DNA of 64,000 nt from positions 1,984,001-2,048,000 of the forward strand of contig NEEC01000007.1 of NCBI GenBank assembly GCA_002189035.1, read 5' to 3'. The stretch's first letter is position 1. The number at the start of each line of letters is the position of its first letter. A model generated the notes under the pieces. It had not been told where the DNA came from. It was given only the letters and a program-made list of their open reading frames with translations, and did no database searches. Below are positions 34,201-46,359 of this stretch, piece by piece. This stretch comes from Utricularia gibba. Taxonomy: Eukaryota; Plantae; Magnoliophyta. The translations under genes were made by a program, and so were the position numbers.

Positions 34201-35115
34201 CTAGCACTTACTTTTCTTATGCGTCAGACCTTGTGGTATATTCGCTTGCCGCCAGTTCTTCTGGTAATGATCACTGTGATTTGAATGAGCTGTGTCGTAC
34301 CGAATATATCCATTTCCGTCACCAGTCATTCCCATCATCTGCATCGCCATGATCGACTGTGTAGGGGGATATCGCATCGGCATCGGAAGTCCAACACACG
34401 TACTTGCAGTAGTTCCATTACTGTGAGTTCCACTAAAAACCTTATTTCCATGTCTTGCAGGGCCAGCATTAGAAGGCTTCAACAGGCTCTGAGATGGCTG
34501 GGGGGTGGAAGCAAACAAATGATCCGAACGGAAAGAACCCTCGTTGGACATCCCCGGCATCCTCTTAAGATACAGCCTATACTTCTGCAAATGGCTCGCA
34601 ACATTTTCCCGAGTTAAGCCTTCTACGTTCATCAACTGCATAATCGTCTTCGGCACAGCATTCTTCAACCCTAATCGAGCCACCACATCAACAAATCGCT
34701 TATGCAATTGTGGGCTCCAAATTAGTCTCTGCCTTTTTTTCAGAGTCTTCGCCTTCACCGTCGACTGGTTATAACCACCGTTATCAACCACCAAATCATC
34801 AATTTGCTCCGACATCCCACAGTCGTTCGATTGTGATCCCTCATCACCCTCCCCCTCATCCATACCATCATCTTGACCAAAATATTTAAAATTAGATTCC
34901 GAATCGGAAGACATACCAAGTCCCATTGAAGACCAGGTATTCTCCGACGGAAGATTTGTTTCCATCGGCCTCCGCGGCGGGCCCAGATAAATTTTGAAGG
35001 CGGAGGCCAATGGGGTAGGAATCAACGGCTGCGTCAGCGGTGGCAGATTATCCAGCGAAGGCAGACCAGCTTCCCACTCAGGAACTTGATCATCAACAGT
35101 CAACCCTTCATCCAT
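34201..35115 (-). CDS. LUX: GARP/Myb clock transcription factor, LUX ARRHYTHMO/BOA (PCL1)-like
   Basis: Intronless. N-terminal [11 protein letters not shown]...LIP..LA.AF.I motif and [57 protein letters not shown]. Confidence 0.93.
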   Translation of the reverse strand: MDEGLTVDDQVPEWEAGLPSLDNLPPLTQPLIPTPLASAFKIYLGPPRRPMETNLPSENTWSSMGLGMSSDSESNFKYFGQDDGMDEGEGDEGSQSNDCGMSEQIDDLVVDNGGYNQSTVKAKTLKKRQRLIWSPQLHKRFVDVVARLGLKNAVPKTIMQLMNVEGLTRENVASHLQKYRLYLKRMPGMSNEGSFRSDHLFASTPQPSQSLLKPSNAGPARHGNKVFSGTHSNGTTASTCVGLPMPMRYPPTQSIMAMQMMGMTGDGNGYIRYDTAHSNHSDHYQKNWRQANIPQGLTHKKSKC

Positions 35116-35303
35116 TGGATACAGCTGATAATCACAGAAACTCCGGAGCAAGCGAAAGAGATAGAGAGAAGCGAAGGTGAGGTGGTGCTGCGGCTGCGCT
35201 GTATCGGATCCTTCGATTTGTGTATTTGATAATTATTTTGCAAAGAAAAAAAGTGCATTGGCAGATCTTGGTGCCACGCTGGAGCCAATCAGCAGCTCGG
35301 CAC

Positions 35304-35371
35304 AGATATTTACAAGACGAAATCTATAAATATCTTCCGATTTGCCATTAAAAATAAATAAATAAATATCT
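35304..35371. promoter_or_regulatory. Three evening-element cores (AAATATCT) in the LUX promoter
   Basis: AGATATTT 35304-35311, AAATATCT 35328-35335 and 35364-35371, plus CCAAT at 35285. Confidence 0.75.
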
Positions 35372-36540
35372 TCGGGATATTAAATGCTATCAACCACCAA
35401 AATACAAAATTACCAAAATGTAACTTCATTCTTAAGTGTATTTTGAGAAAATGTTTTCTTTTTCTGCAGGGTATATAAGTAATTTAACAAGAAGTGCTAT
35501 AACCCTATTTTCACACTATATCTTTAATGGCATTCATGCCCATTTGAAATAAAAGTGAAAAATGTGACTTAAACATAGTTTATTACCAGTGTTTAAAAAA
35601 CCAACACTAAAACCGCTTTGATCCACGAACTGTTTATAATAAAAATTTGAAGAATCTAATTACCATTTAACAATTTGATATTTTTTTAAAAAGTAAACAA
35701 TTCAAACATAATTTGAACCAACAAAATCAAATTGCAAACCACTTATGTAAAAGTTTTATAATTTTTGTATTATTTAAATTACTATTTATAATAAATAAAA
35801 CCCAATAATTAAGGGGGGATTATTCTCAAGTGTTTGTTGGGCTTCCTCGCGAACTGGGCTCAACTTGTGGTCCATTCTCCCAGTCTTTATGAACATTACC
35901 ACAATTTTTATGCATATTTCATATTATCTTTATTTTTAAAACTATAAATTAATCTCATCATTTTATACACCTCAGTTTACATGTTTCAAAATATAAAAGA
36001 ATAAAATATTTAAAAAATGTATAGTATAATTTTGTAATTACTTCTGAAACATTTGAATATCATATTATTTATTGATAAATGATATAATTTGCGAATAATA
36101 ATAATTAATTCTACATCATTTTTCAAATGTCATTTTCACAAAGTATTGAAAAAAGGGAAAAGGTAGAGTATTGTTTTTCAAAACAAAAGTGTTAACATTT
36201 GACATTTCCTCCTCATATTTTAAGCCCACTTTGGCAGCATGATTAGTTGTTAATCCTTTCTTCTTCCCCTAATTAATCCCCAATAATTAGGCGTCTAAAG
36301 TCTCTTGTATAATTACGTCTCGACCCATAGGCTGTTGGACTATTTTCCACCTTATTTAACTGTTTCATTAAAATATAGTCGTAGCCCCGTGCTTTAGTAC
36401 TACATTTTAATTATAAAATATTTTAATTTAGAATTAATCTCCTAAGTTTCTATTATATTTCCTAAGTTTCTATTTTAAGTTTCTATTGTATTCACTATAA
36501 TTTGTTTCCTTTTTTTAATTGGATACTTCTAAAAATGGAC

Positions 36541-36570
36541 GTACCCGTACCCGTACCCGTACCCGTACCC
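36541..36570. repeat. (GTACCC)5 hexanucleotide repeat
   Basis: Direct reading. About 580 bp upstream of the RDUF ATG. Confidence 0.95.
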
Positions 36571-36743
36571 GCACTAGTTTTGATGTATGAAATGTGGTTA
36601 GATGTGCACCGCACCAGGAGGGTATGGGACGAATTAGGTGGCCATGTTGTCATATATTATTATTATTTTGGTTCATTATTGTTGTCCTTTTTCATCTTTT
36701 ATTTTTCTTTTTATTAATTATTATTTTAAAGCATTATTGGTTT

Positions 36744-37040
36744 GATGACGTCGGCAAAAGCGATGCCACTCACTTCGGAGCCAAATGCATCCATCACGGT
36801 TCACATTACGTGACAAAAAGGAAAGTATTGTATGCGACGCTCCTCACGGTGTACCCGTGGAACCCGAACCGAGTCCACTGGAAAAGGGTCGACCCGCTCA
36901 CATAGTGAAACCAGTATTTTAACAATTCGAATTTACTATTATTTTTAGAAGTATTAAATTTAAATAATATTTTAAAATACTCGTGGATAATGGCGGAGTA
37001 CGTGAAATAATGACCACGTGGTTTAAAGTAATACGCGGTG
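36744..37040. promoter_or_regulatory. ACGT-core/G-box cluster in the RDUF promoter
   Basis: TGACGTC near 36745, TACGTG near 36806 and 36999, CACGTG near 37016, ACGCGG near 37033. Confidence 0.45.
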
Positions 37041-37149
37041 GAGCCCACCCGAGCAAGCATAAATTGAGCCATTGAAATCAGGATTAGTATTTGTTCCCTT
37101 CGTATTTTTTTTTTGTATTTTTTATTGTTATCTTGTCCGCGAGCTTGTC

Positions 37150-38079
37150 ATGGCTTCCCCGCTAGCGGTGTCTCCAGCCGCCACATCTTATTGGTGTTTC
37201 CAGTGTAACGCGGCGGTCAACGTCCTCTCGGAGCAGGCGGAGGTGCTCTGTCCTCACTGCCGTGCAGGGTTTGTGGAGCTTCTCAGCCCAATCAGCTCCT
37301 CCGTTCCACCGCCGAGCTCTGAAGCCAGCAATCGCGGTGCCTTCTCCTTCAATCCCCTCGTCGTCCTTCGGAGTTCCGACTACTCCGCTGCAGAGGACGG
37401 TGAGAATAGCAGGAATTACGAGCTCTATTATGATGAAGGCGATGGATTGGGGCTCCGGCCAGTGCCTCCGGCGGTGTCGGAGTCTTTGCTCGGATCCGGA
37501 TTCGAATTGATGCTGGATCGGATATCTCAAATCGGTTTCAATCTATGGATCCGGTCCGAGAATCCGCCGGCGAGTAAGAACGCAGTCGATTCGTTACCGA
37601 CCATGGAAATCTCACGTAGCCACGTCGATTCCGATACGCACTGCGCTGTGTGTACGGACGTCTTCGAGCTTGGATCAGAAGCCAAAGAGATGCCCTGTAA
37701 GCACATATACCACTCTGATTGCATCGTCCCATGGCTTAAGCTCCACAATTCTTGCCCCGTTTGCCGCCTCAAGCTTCCGAGCGACGATGCCGGCCGGTCA
37801 GAGCCGTTTGGGCTGACGCTGTGGAGGTTGCCGCACGGCGGCTTCGCGGTCGGGAGATTCGCCGGTGGATCGTACGGAGAGATGCCCCCGGATTTCTCGG
37901 AGTTGGAACGCGTGTTGAATCTTAACGGCGCCGCGTCGAGGGAAATCGAGTGGGCACGGCGCCGGAGGGGCGGGCGCCTGCGTAGGTTTCTCGGAAATTT
38001 AGGGTCGGTATTCGGGGGGAATCGGCGGGCAAGGAGACGGAGCCCGTTCGAATTCGGGTTCGGGTCCGTGGTTGCCTGA
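37150..38079 (+). CDS. RDUF: RING-H2/DUF1117 E3 ubiquitin ligase, RDUF-like
   Basis: Intronless. YWCFQC...CPHC zinc ribbon, NPPASK.AV, RING-H2 CAVC..PCKHIYHSDCIVPWL..HNSCPVCR, DUF1117 GLTLWRLPHGGFAVGRF. Confidence 0.93.
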   Translation: MASPLAVSPAATSYWCFQCNAAVNVLSEQAEVLCPHCRAGFVELLSPISSSVPPPSSEASNRGAFSFNPLVVLRSSDYSAAEDGENSRNYELYYDEGDGLGLRPVPPAVSESLLGSGFELMLDRISQIGFNLWIRSENPPASKNAVDSLPTMEISRSHVDSDTHCAVCTDVFELGSEAKEMPCKHIYHSDCIVPWLKLHNSCPVCRLKLPSDDAGRSEPFGLTLWRLPHGGFAVGRFAGGSYGEMPPDFSELERVLNLNGAASREIEWARRRRGGRLRRFLGNLGSVFGGNRRARRRSPFEFGFGSVVA

Positions 38080-38435
38080 ATTCTGAATATTTATTTTTAG
38101 GATTAATTTAAACCCCTTAATCTGGACTCCTGCATAAAAAAGCAAATCATGCCAGCCATCCGGAACCCCCTCCGCCTGTTTTGACCCGTATTTCTATCGA
38201 CAAATGTATTCCAACCATATCGGGTCGGGCCGGGTCGATTCGAATACACGGGTCCATCTTTCCCTGTCTGTAATCCAGTTTTGGCAATAGAGGGTTTGAT
38301 CTTGTGTTTGCTAGTGAAAATTTAATATTGGTCCCTTTTATCATAATAGAGATCAATTTAAAAAGCGATTTATATCTTGTAATGTGTATGAAAACTTATT
38401 TTTTTTTTTAAAAAGAAATTTAAAATAAACTCTAA

Positions 38436-38640
38436 GAGTGTGTTTGGTAGAGAATATAAATAAAGATAATTAAATGAGAAAAGAAAATAGAATGTTTGAT
38501 AGTTGAGATAAATTATACTATGAATATGAAATAAAATAATGGAAGAAAATGAGATGAGATAAAATTATATTGTCATATATCTCCTCTTTATATACCACAT
38601 TTTATTATTAGTATAATTTATCCATGTACCAAACACATTT
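38436..38640. mobile_element. Tourist-like (PIF/Harbinger) MITE, 205 bp
   Basis: TIRs gagtgtgtttggta / taccaaacacattt (12/14), TAA on both flanks (38433-35, 38641-43), AT-rich non-coding interior. Confidence 0.7.
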
Positions 38641-39570
38641 TAAGTAAAACACACTTAATTTTGAAATTTATACCAAAAATACTTGATCGTGCTCAATAAG
38701 AAACATCATACAATATTTGTGTAATTATTCTACTTAATTTCATACTCTTCCCCATCTCTACGAATGTGGAATTCACTTTGGTGGTGGGTGGGGCATCACA
38801 TTTAGATTAGTAGGATCTTGTTATCACCCGACCATGGGATTCGATCCGATCCCATCCAACAAGTCATTCAACTTGGGGATATGATTCCTTGGGTGGGATC
38901 AAGTGTACGTACGCATGCATTTACTTCAAAAAATAATTGAACAACTAATTTATTCCATCAATTATTAAATTAAATTATATTTACTTATGTACAAGATTCA
39001 TCGGGTCACATAGTAATTATGAAAAATATTTTTTAAAAGATATTCTCATAAAATATTAGTAATAATTATTCCAATTATTCAAAAAAGAAAAAAGAGAAGT
39101 TATTTAAGCATGTCCCAAAAGAACTGCATCAGCCACACTGTTACACTTTCATTTGATTGATCCGATCTTTTAGAGCCAGCTTTGGGTCCCCAGAACAAAC
39201 CCACGAGACGATGCTTTAGTGAGGAGGCCAGCACACAACACATGCAATTGCTCTTCCTTCGCTGGCACATCCAGGCGCTCACTCGCGCATGGTGTAACCA
39301 GCGTTGGCCACGCTGTTTTCTGCCAGCATCACCAACCCTAAGTATGATAATCTTTTCTGAAAATGTAAACCAGTGGATACAGTTTTTCTTTTAACTCAAA
39401 AAGAGGAATCCTTATGCGGATGTGCTCACTGAGCTCCATCAGCATCGAATGAAACCGAGACACAAAAAGGGAGGATCCATTAAATGCTAATCTGGACTTC
39501 TCCCTTGGAAGTCTCATATCAGAAGACTATAGGGAGTAACTTGTTCTTGGCTACAGTGATTTGGGGCAGA

Positions 39571-40770
39571 CTAGTAAATCATTGGTATCAGTTTGTAATG
39601 AACCTTGCTCATGTACTCCCTGTATCTGTCACCAAAAGTCTCCAGCAACAGAGCCTCCTCTGCCTTCGCTTTCTGTCCATAGTACATTGTGCAAACAGCA
39701 ATGATGATCAGGATGCTGAAGGGAGCTCGTAGAGCACAGAAGTAGGATGTGAACAGCAGAATAGTGGAAGCGTATAACGGATGGCGAACGAATCTGTAAG
39801 GTCCAAACTGAACAACAGCAGTTGGAACGACAATCTTCTCTGAATACTTTGATAAGTACAGAGTGGAGTGGTATTGCATGAATATGGTGCATATTATCAA
39901 TCCCCAAATAGGGACATTGTGCCATCCTCCAGGAACAAGGTGTAATTCTTTACCCTCAATTGCTGCTAGCCAGTGCCCTGCCATCACTCCAATGCAAAAT
40001 AAGAGCTTTTGCCAGTTTGGCAAACTGATATCCCATTTAGGATCATGCTCTCTAGGGTAGTAGTCGCCATACAGCCTCTTTCGAACCGAAACATTGAGAA
40101 AAAAGTAGTAGTGGTACACAAAGAAGAAAACAAATGGCCACCCTTCAAGAAAGCCATTGCAATGTGCAGGAGGCACTAATGTCAGCCAGGTGATGGTTGA
40201 GATAACAATACCCAATTGTTCAATCAAACTAGCTTCTCCCTTCAAATGCTTTCTAAGCCCATATACACCATAAATTCCAAGAACAACAGCCACAATCCAA
40301 GGCCAGAACAGCCATGTCCAGCTAAAATACATCCAAACAAAGGGATTAAACACCATGTTCAATGTCCATTTCGAAATCGCAATACCCACCGAAAGCAAAA
40401 AACACAACTTGCAAATATCAACAGGCTTGAGATTCGCAAGTGAAGATTTAATCGATTCAAAAGAGAAACCCCTTATCAAATTTACCATCCATTTCTCATC
40501 ACCCAACCCTGCAGCCGACCCGGGACTTGAATACAAGCACTTAACTAAACCCACCCGCGAAGTGGTTAACCCCCAGTTGAGGACAACGGAATGTAAATCT
40601 TTGGAAGTTGAAGAAATTCTAAAATTCATATCTTTCGCGACAGGCCTGTTCAAATACAATGCTTTCTTCGGCTGCCACTGTCTGAAGGAAATCGAAAAAC
40701 CACTTGTAGGCAAACAAGAGGCTAAAGGGCTTACCCTTTGACAGGCAAACGATATTGCCGTTGTCTCCAT
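39571..40770 (-). CDS. ICMT/PEMT-family membrane methyltransferase-like protein
   Basis: Intronless ORF. Transit-like N-terminus, multiple TM segments, C-terminal VVQFGPYRFVRHPLYAS...EEALL.E.FG..Y.EY...V.YKLIP motif. Confidence 0.85.
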   Translation of the reverse strand: METTAISFACQRVSPLASCLPTSGFSISFRQWQPKKALYLNRPVAKDMNFRISSTSKDLHSVVLNWGLTTSRVGLVKCLYSSPGSAAGLGDEKWMVNLIRGFSFESIKSSLANLKPVDICKLCFLLSVGIAISKWTLNMVFNPFVWMYFSWTWLFWPWIVAVVLGIYGVYGLRKHLKGEASLIEQLGIVISTITWLTLVPPAHCNGFLEGWPFVFFFVYHYYFFLNVSVRKRLYGDYYPREHDPKWDISLPNWQKLLFCIGVMAGHWLAAIEGKELHLVPGGWHNVPIWGLIICTIFMQYHSTLYLSKYSEKIVVPTAVVQFGPYRFVRHPLYASTILLFTSYFCALRAPFSILIIIAVCTMYYGQKAKAEEALLLETFGDRYREYMSKVHYKLIPMIY

Positions 40771-41132
40771 GAGCGTATCTCTCAAGTAAAACCCTCTTCA
40801 CCCGTAACGCATAAGGGGAAGATGCAGACGTACGGTGAAGAAATCGATTTTATATTTTTAATAATTTATTAAAATACATTATTTTCTTGACAATTTACTT
40901 TCCCGTAAAATAATTTTTATTTTTGAAAACATTTATCGAAGATATTCCTAAAAAAAAACACTCAAATTGATTTCATCATATTTTCGAGGTTTAAAAGAAC
41001 TAAAGTTGCCGATCAGGGCGACAGCGGCGGGCGAACGAACAGAACGCCAGTCCACGCATTGACGCAACGAATACAAGTGAAAGTTAAGGTATTTGATTTC
41101 AGGATTCAAGGGTGGCGCTGAAGAATTCCGTT

Positions 41133-42516
41133 ATGGCTAATCGAGAGCTTTCAAGCACGTTGAAGAACTTGAAGGTGAAACCCCTAAATCGTTTGGTTAT
41201 GTTGGTTTTATCATCTATAATGTAGTTTTTCTAGCAAAGAAATCAGGGTTGAGAGAGGAATTTACTTTTTTCAGTTTCTACTGATGTTTCTGTTTAGTTT
41301 ATGCAAAGGGCAACTCAGAAGAAAGAGGAAACTAAGATAGAAGAAAGCATTGGAGATTTCCCTTCTTCCGGTGTATTTAAAAAATGGTTTAGTAACTCTT
41401 AAACTCTGTCTCTGTTTCTTGATTCAAATGGGGTCTTTTTTCTTCCTAGGCATTGTATTATGGTTGATGGTTGTCAGTAAAATTGTTGGACAGTGTTCGA
41501 ATTAGCCGTTGGGTATTTTTCAAGGCTTACTCATCTCAGTGATGACGGATGAATGCCAGAGATTTATATCTTTCATGCGTCTAAATCTAGAGAGAATCCC
41601 ATAGAAATAAATGAAACCGTACCTTTTGTGAGGACAGGAAGCATGTTCGTTGTGAATCGAAGTTGCAACCGGCCATTGCGGCTAGAATTTTAGAAACATA
41701 ATGCTTTGATGGGATCATTTTTCTGGAACTCGTGTTGATAATATTCTCTGCTGTACTTATATGTCTGGAAAATGTTGTGTTTGCTCGTAATGCCTCTTCA
41801 CTTGCAGTATTGTAATATATGAAGCCGATCCCCATCCTGATGCTACAAGTGGGCGCATGTCATTTCTAAGTTTTAACCCATTGATTGATGTGAGTACATG
41901 CTGTTGGAATCTCTTGAATTTCTCTCGTCATTAAAATCATTTCATCGGTTTATGCTGGAGGCTCGTATTCCAGAAAATCAATGGAGGAGCATGTGAGCGC
42001 CCTGAGCCTAAGTTCAATACAACTTCTGATAGGGGAAAGGGGGAGGAATCCATCAGGTCCGTTTCCACTTCTCTGTGCTTTCCCGCATGTTTTCTTCAGA
42101 AAGTTTCTGTCACGCCCGTGTTACATGCTTGTGATTCATGTTTCCAAGTTTTAAATTAGTTCCCCTCATTGCTACAACTTCCTTGACGATCAAAGTAAAT
42201 CTGTCTTCAGCAAAGGCTTCTTTGTTGCTGTACAGTTAACTGTTGGATCATTGGATTAGAACTGACTCATGAGTTTTGTTTCAGAACAAGTGGGCCTTCA
42301 AATCCCACGAAAGGGATCTCGGAATCAAGTTTCCCGACCGTGAATGGTAACATTGATCTCAAGAGGAAGCAAGTGGAAGTCAGTCCTGTCGAGCAGGACA
42401 TGGCTAAGATGAGGAAATTTGATCAGTACAAGAGTCGTTCCAAGAACAAAGATAAGCATAAAAAGCTTGATTGGGAAGTTCTTCGGCATCCCAACTCCCA
42501 TAACAAAAACAGGTGA
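41133..42516 (+). CDS. MPP6: M-phase phosphoprotein 6 (nuclear exosome cofactor) homologue
   Basis: Exons 41133-41174, 41298-41386, 41808-41889, 41974-42055 and a last exon ending 42516. MANRELSSTLKNLKFMQRA, GRMSFLSFNP, C-terminal KLDWEVLR. The phase at the exon 4/5 junction is ambiguous (see findings). Confidence 0.85.
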
Positions 42517-43098
42517 GTGGGAAGTCTGCAATAGTAAGAAACTGTAACATGGAGCTAAATTGCATCAGGGAAGGGGGTCATTTTTCTCTTGTAGCTTCAT
42601 TGCAATCATCTCTTGATCGCATATTCACTGCTTTTTCGATTACGGATCCCATCAAAAAGCTTGTTGTTTACTACTACAATACCACCCAGATTCCTTGTTT
42701 TCGACCCAAAACGGATTTGGATTCGGATTTGTGTGATTCGGGACAAGTTGTGCTGAAAAGTTAAAAAATAAAAATTCACCCTCATTTTTCCTTTTCTGCT
42801 TCATCGTGCATTTTTCTAGTGTTAAGTATGAACTATGAACAGTAACTAATGAGTGTTAACGTTTTTCAAGTGTTTAGCTGATATGAATTTTGTGCATGCA
42901 AATCCCCTCTATGAAATTTTATGAATCCCTAATCCGAATAATATAGTCCAGAAGTCGTCTCAAGGACGTCCCTTTTACATGCACATTTTAGACTCGTGAG
43001 CGCAACAAGCACAAGCAGCCCGTGATGATTTTGGTGAATAGATGCTTATTTAGCAACATATCTACAGAAATGGGCGGGATGTTTGGGTTGTGTTGATG

Positions 43099-44913
43099 TT
43101 AGGAGGATTTGGCTGCTGGTTGCCAACAAGAAAGAGCGTAAAGAACTCTGCCTTTCCATCCCTGCAGCATCCATTCCCCATCTTCATCTACTGAGAAATC
43201 TATGTGGTACTCCGTTTTCACCTTATTCTTGACACATTTCACGATCTCTGCATCCAGTGGTACCTGCCGGAAACCGAGCCTCCTGTTTCGAACTTGCCAC
43301 TGCCTGTATGTTTCCGGCTGTTCGACTCGTTCGCTCCCTTCGCAAGCTATGATGTTCAATGCCTCCTTTCCATAGAGCTGTTCCTCGAGCAGTAAACGGT
43401 TCTTATCTTCCCGGTCCATGGTGGCGTCAAACATGTCAAACAAGCTTGAGTACTGAAACAATGCCTCTCTGAATCTGGTGACGAAATAGGGTATGTTGTA
43501 AGTTCCATTGAGCACTCCGAAAATTAACATATTAGGATTCATCTTCCTGATCAATCTTAGAACAGCATCTCTTGGGCTGCCGGAATTTACGGTTTCATCA
43601 GAGACATTTTGAAGCCGGTACAGTGAGTTCACCACAAGTAATTCGCCCTCTTCAAACTTGATGTCTTCAACTTTAATGGTTTCCCATTTCTGTGCTATCG
43701 GACTATACTCGAAGGGAACATTGAATCTGGAACAGTATTTTGCCAAGCGTCGGCCGGTCTCCGCCACCCTATCAGCCGGCCGGAATCCTGGTTGAGGGAG
43801 ATCGATCCCTGTGACATGAAGCTTCGGAGGGCCACCAGGACGTTCGGATAAAGAACGGATGAGACAAGGCCATTGGAAACCATAAAGAATGCCAAAATCA
43901 ACGATGTGGAGAGACGGCACGCCCACTGCAAGCTTGTTGATGGTCTTATTCGCTAGCATATTCGACATCTTCCTAAAAGGGCAGGCATTTATCAGTGTTT
44001 TGTAGGCTTTCAAGATGTCCGCAGCAGAGATCCGGCGTGTCGACATGGCAGCATACAACTCCATCCCGGCCCCCGCCAATCTAGCTTCAAGGGCAGTTGC
44101 GAAATAGTGAGCCAGCCTCTCTGTGCTGTCTCCGTGGGAAGAAGAGTGCTGCCTTATACGGATCAGAAGATCATTCGCAGTTCTGATATCGTGATTCGCC
44201 ACAGCTTGTGCACATTGGATAAGCAAACCAGTCAGATCTACAACTTCTCTGGTAATCCCATGTTTCTTACTCCCCTTTGGCCTACCTCGGTTATGTCCTC
44301 TCCACAATTTCTTCGATTTTTCACAAGAAACTCCATCGGTTCTCCCGCAAAGAAGCACGTTGTCATAAATCTCAATCGGCTCGGATTCGAAATCACAGTT
44401 CGCTACATGTTTACTACTTCGATCTACTTCAATCGAATCGCTTTCTTCCCGCGAATGATATTTCTTCCCTATAGAATTAACCTCGCCCGTAGACGACACA
44501 GAACTCGAAGAATATTTACCGGAGGAGCTCTCTCCGGCGGCGCAACCACAAGAGGTCGTGGAATCGGCGTAGTTGTTGTTGAGCAGCACATCGTACAGAG
44601 ATTTCTCCGTAGCCTGTAAAGCTAAGCAATCCTGCAACATACAGGGCCTAGTCTCCAAATCCTCTTCTTCCATAAGCATCTGGCTGATAAACTTGAGAAT
44701 CGCATCAGAATGGTCAGTTTCATGAGATCCGTCCGCAGAATCTTGTGTAACATCAGCCGGAATATTCCTCTGAGTCGTAGATGAATTATTGACCGCCGCA
44801 ACTTCAGGTTTGACTTTGAAGTGGTTTTCATCGGGAAAGGTCACCACCGATCGGCAATTCCCCTGAAAATCCTTCGCCTGAGGAAAGCAACTACTAAACC
44901 CTAGGGTATCCAT
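43099..44913 (-). CDS. SCL14-like: GRAS transcription factor, SCL14/LISCL clade, copy 1
   Basis: Intronless. LKFISQMLMEE...LQATEKSLYDVL, LHIVDFGILYGFQWP, ERVEQPETYRQW, WMLQGWKGR..ALSCW. First ATG at 44913; the ORF is open to a TTG at 44961. Confidence 0.93.
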   Translation of the reverse strand: MDTLGFSSCFPQAKDFQGNCRSVVTFPDENHFKVKPEVAAVNNSSTTQRNIPADVTQDSADGSHETDHSDAILKFISQMLMEEEDLETRPCMLQDCLALQATEKSLYDVLLNNNYADSTTSCGCAAGESSSGKYSSSSVSSTGEVNSIGKKYHSREESDSIEVDRSSKHVANCDFESEPIEIYDNVLLCGRTDGVSCEKSKKLWRGHNRGRPKGSKKHGITREVVDLTGLLIQCAQAVANHDIRTANDLLIRIRQHSSSHGDSTERLAHYFATALEARLAGAGMELYAAMSTRRISAADILKAYKTLINACPFRKMSNMLANKTINKLAVGVPSLHIVDFGILYGFQWPCLIRSLSERPGGPPKLHVTGIDLPQPGFRPADRVAETGRRLAKYCSRFNVPFEYSPIAQKWETIKVEDIKFEEGELLVVNSLYRLQNVSDETVNSGSPRDAVLRLIRKMNPNMLIFGVLNGTYNIPYFVTRFREALFQYSSLFDMFDATMDREDKNRLLLEEQLYGKEALNIIACEGSERVEQPETYRQWQVRNRRLGFRQVPLDAEIVKCVKNKVKTEYHIDFSVDEDGEWMLQGWKGRVLYALSCWQPAAKSS

Positions 44914-46359
44914 TGGAGACGAAGGATATGGATAAGCAGAGAAAAAATTCTCATCAACCAAATGTTTTCTAACCCGGAAAGCAAATGAAGAAGAAAAGGT
45001 ATATATATTCCTGACTTTCTCTAAACCTTTTCATCTAACGGTCAGCATTCATCCAATCCAACGGCCCGAAATACGCTGGTTGACCCACAGGTTCAGTTTC
45101 CTCAGCTGAAGCTTCCATTTTCTGTCTTTTTTTCATCTAACAGCCACCGTGAAACCGAAACCAAAGTATTTAAAAACTCGCTGATATTATAAATTAGTTT
45201 ACTAATTCAAAAACTTAGAAATATACAACAGCTACCATTCTTATTTAATAATAAAAAATATTTTTATAAAAATAGAAATTGTTCAAAAAATGTATTGAAC
45301 TTATTACTATTTTTTATTTCTAATTTTCACAAAAAAATAAATGTTAAAATTATCCTTTCTTTGCATGCTTGTGAAGGTGGAGCAGGCGCAATTATTTGAG
45401 CAAGTGGGCATATGATCCTTGGGGTTGTGTGACTGCCCTTCATCATGTGCCACAACTGCATCAACTTTATTCTCCGTCTTTCATTTTTTGTTACATTTTT
45501 TTCTTAAAAAAAGTGTATTAAAAAAATAGTAACCGTTGCTGTTTATTTTGGAAAATGGACCACGCCCACAGCGCACATAATTGTATTTGTCATTTTCACA
45601 CGTCATAGTATTGCTTTTTCAGGGGGGGGGGGGGAATTGTTCATTGAATCCCAGATTTATCTTATAATTGCTTTGGACAATCTTTGGCGTTTTGTGTGAC
45701 ATCCCTTTCCAAAATTTCTTTAGAAAAATATGGCCTTGACTTAATTTGGAGGTATTTGGTAGGATATAATATTAATATGCCATTTGATAGTAGATTATTA
45801 ATATGTTTTAAATATAGTGTAATTAGTTATATATACTTAATTGTATATAATATTTAATATTCGAGAATATAAGTTTGAATATATAAGTGTCATAAATATA
45901 ATTAATCATTTTTTCCATTTATGTATGCCATCTATATAATTAAAAAATAAATATATAATTAATATAACCATATAAATACTATTAAAAAATAATATATATG
46001 TAAATTTGAGTATAAATATTTTATATTATATTATCAAACAAACTCTAATATTGAATTACTTATATTTATATAAATACGTATCATATGATTAAGATTGAAA
46101 ATTTATTTGATACAAGTATTTTGTATATATATATATATATTATTTACTAAAATTGTAATTAATAATTATTATTTAACATAAATAACCTTTTGCATTCTAT
46201 CAAACAAGTCAACACAAATTACCAAACATAAATTAATGCGTAAGTTAGAAAGGATACTATCAAATCGATTACTTGATGTACATAGAGAGTAACGTACATT
46301 TGACTTTTGTAGTAGGCCTTCCTTGTCTAATAGTATCGGATGGCGACGGATTCGGCATC

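Noticed and set aside
45622-45634. G13 homopolymer
   Set aside because: An isolated simple repeat with unreliable length and no associated structure.
45749-46240. AT-rich tract between the GRAS genes with faint TTTGGTA/TATCAAAC ends (a similar tract at 8030-8365)
   Set aside because: The inverted repeats are too degenerate to call a MITE.
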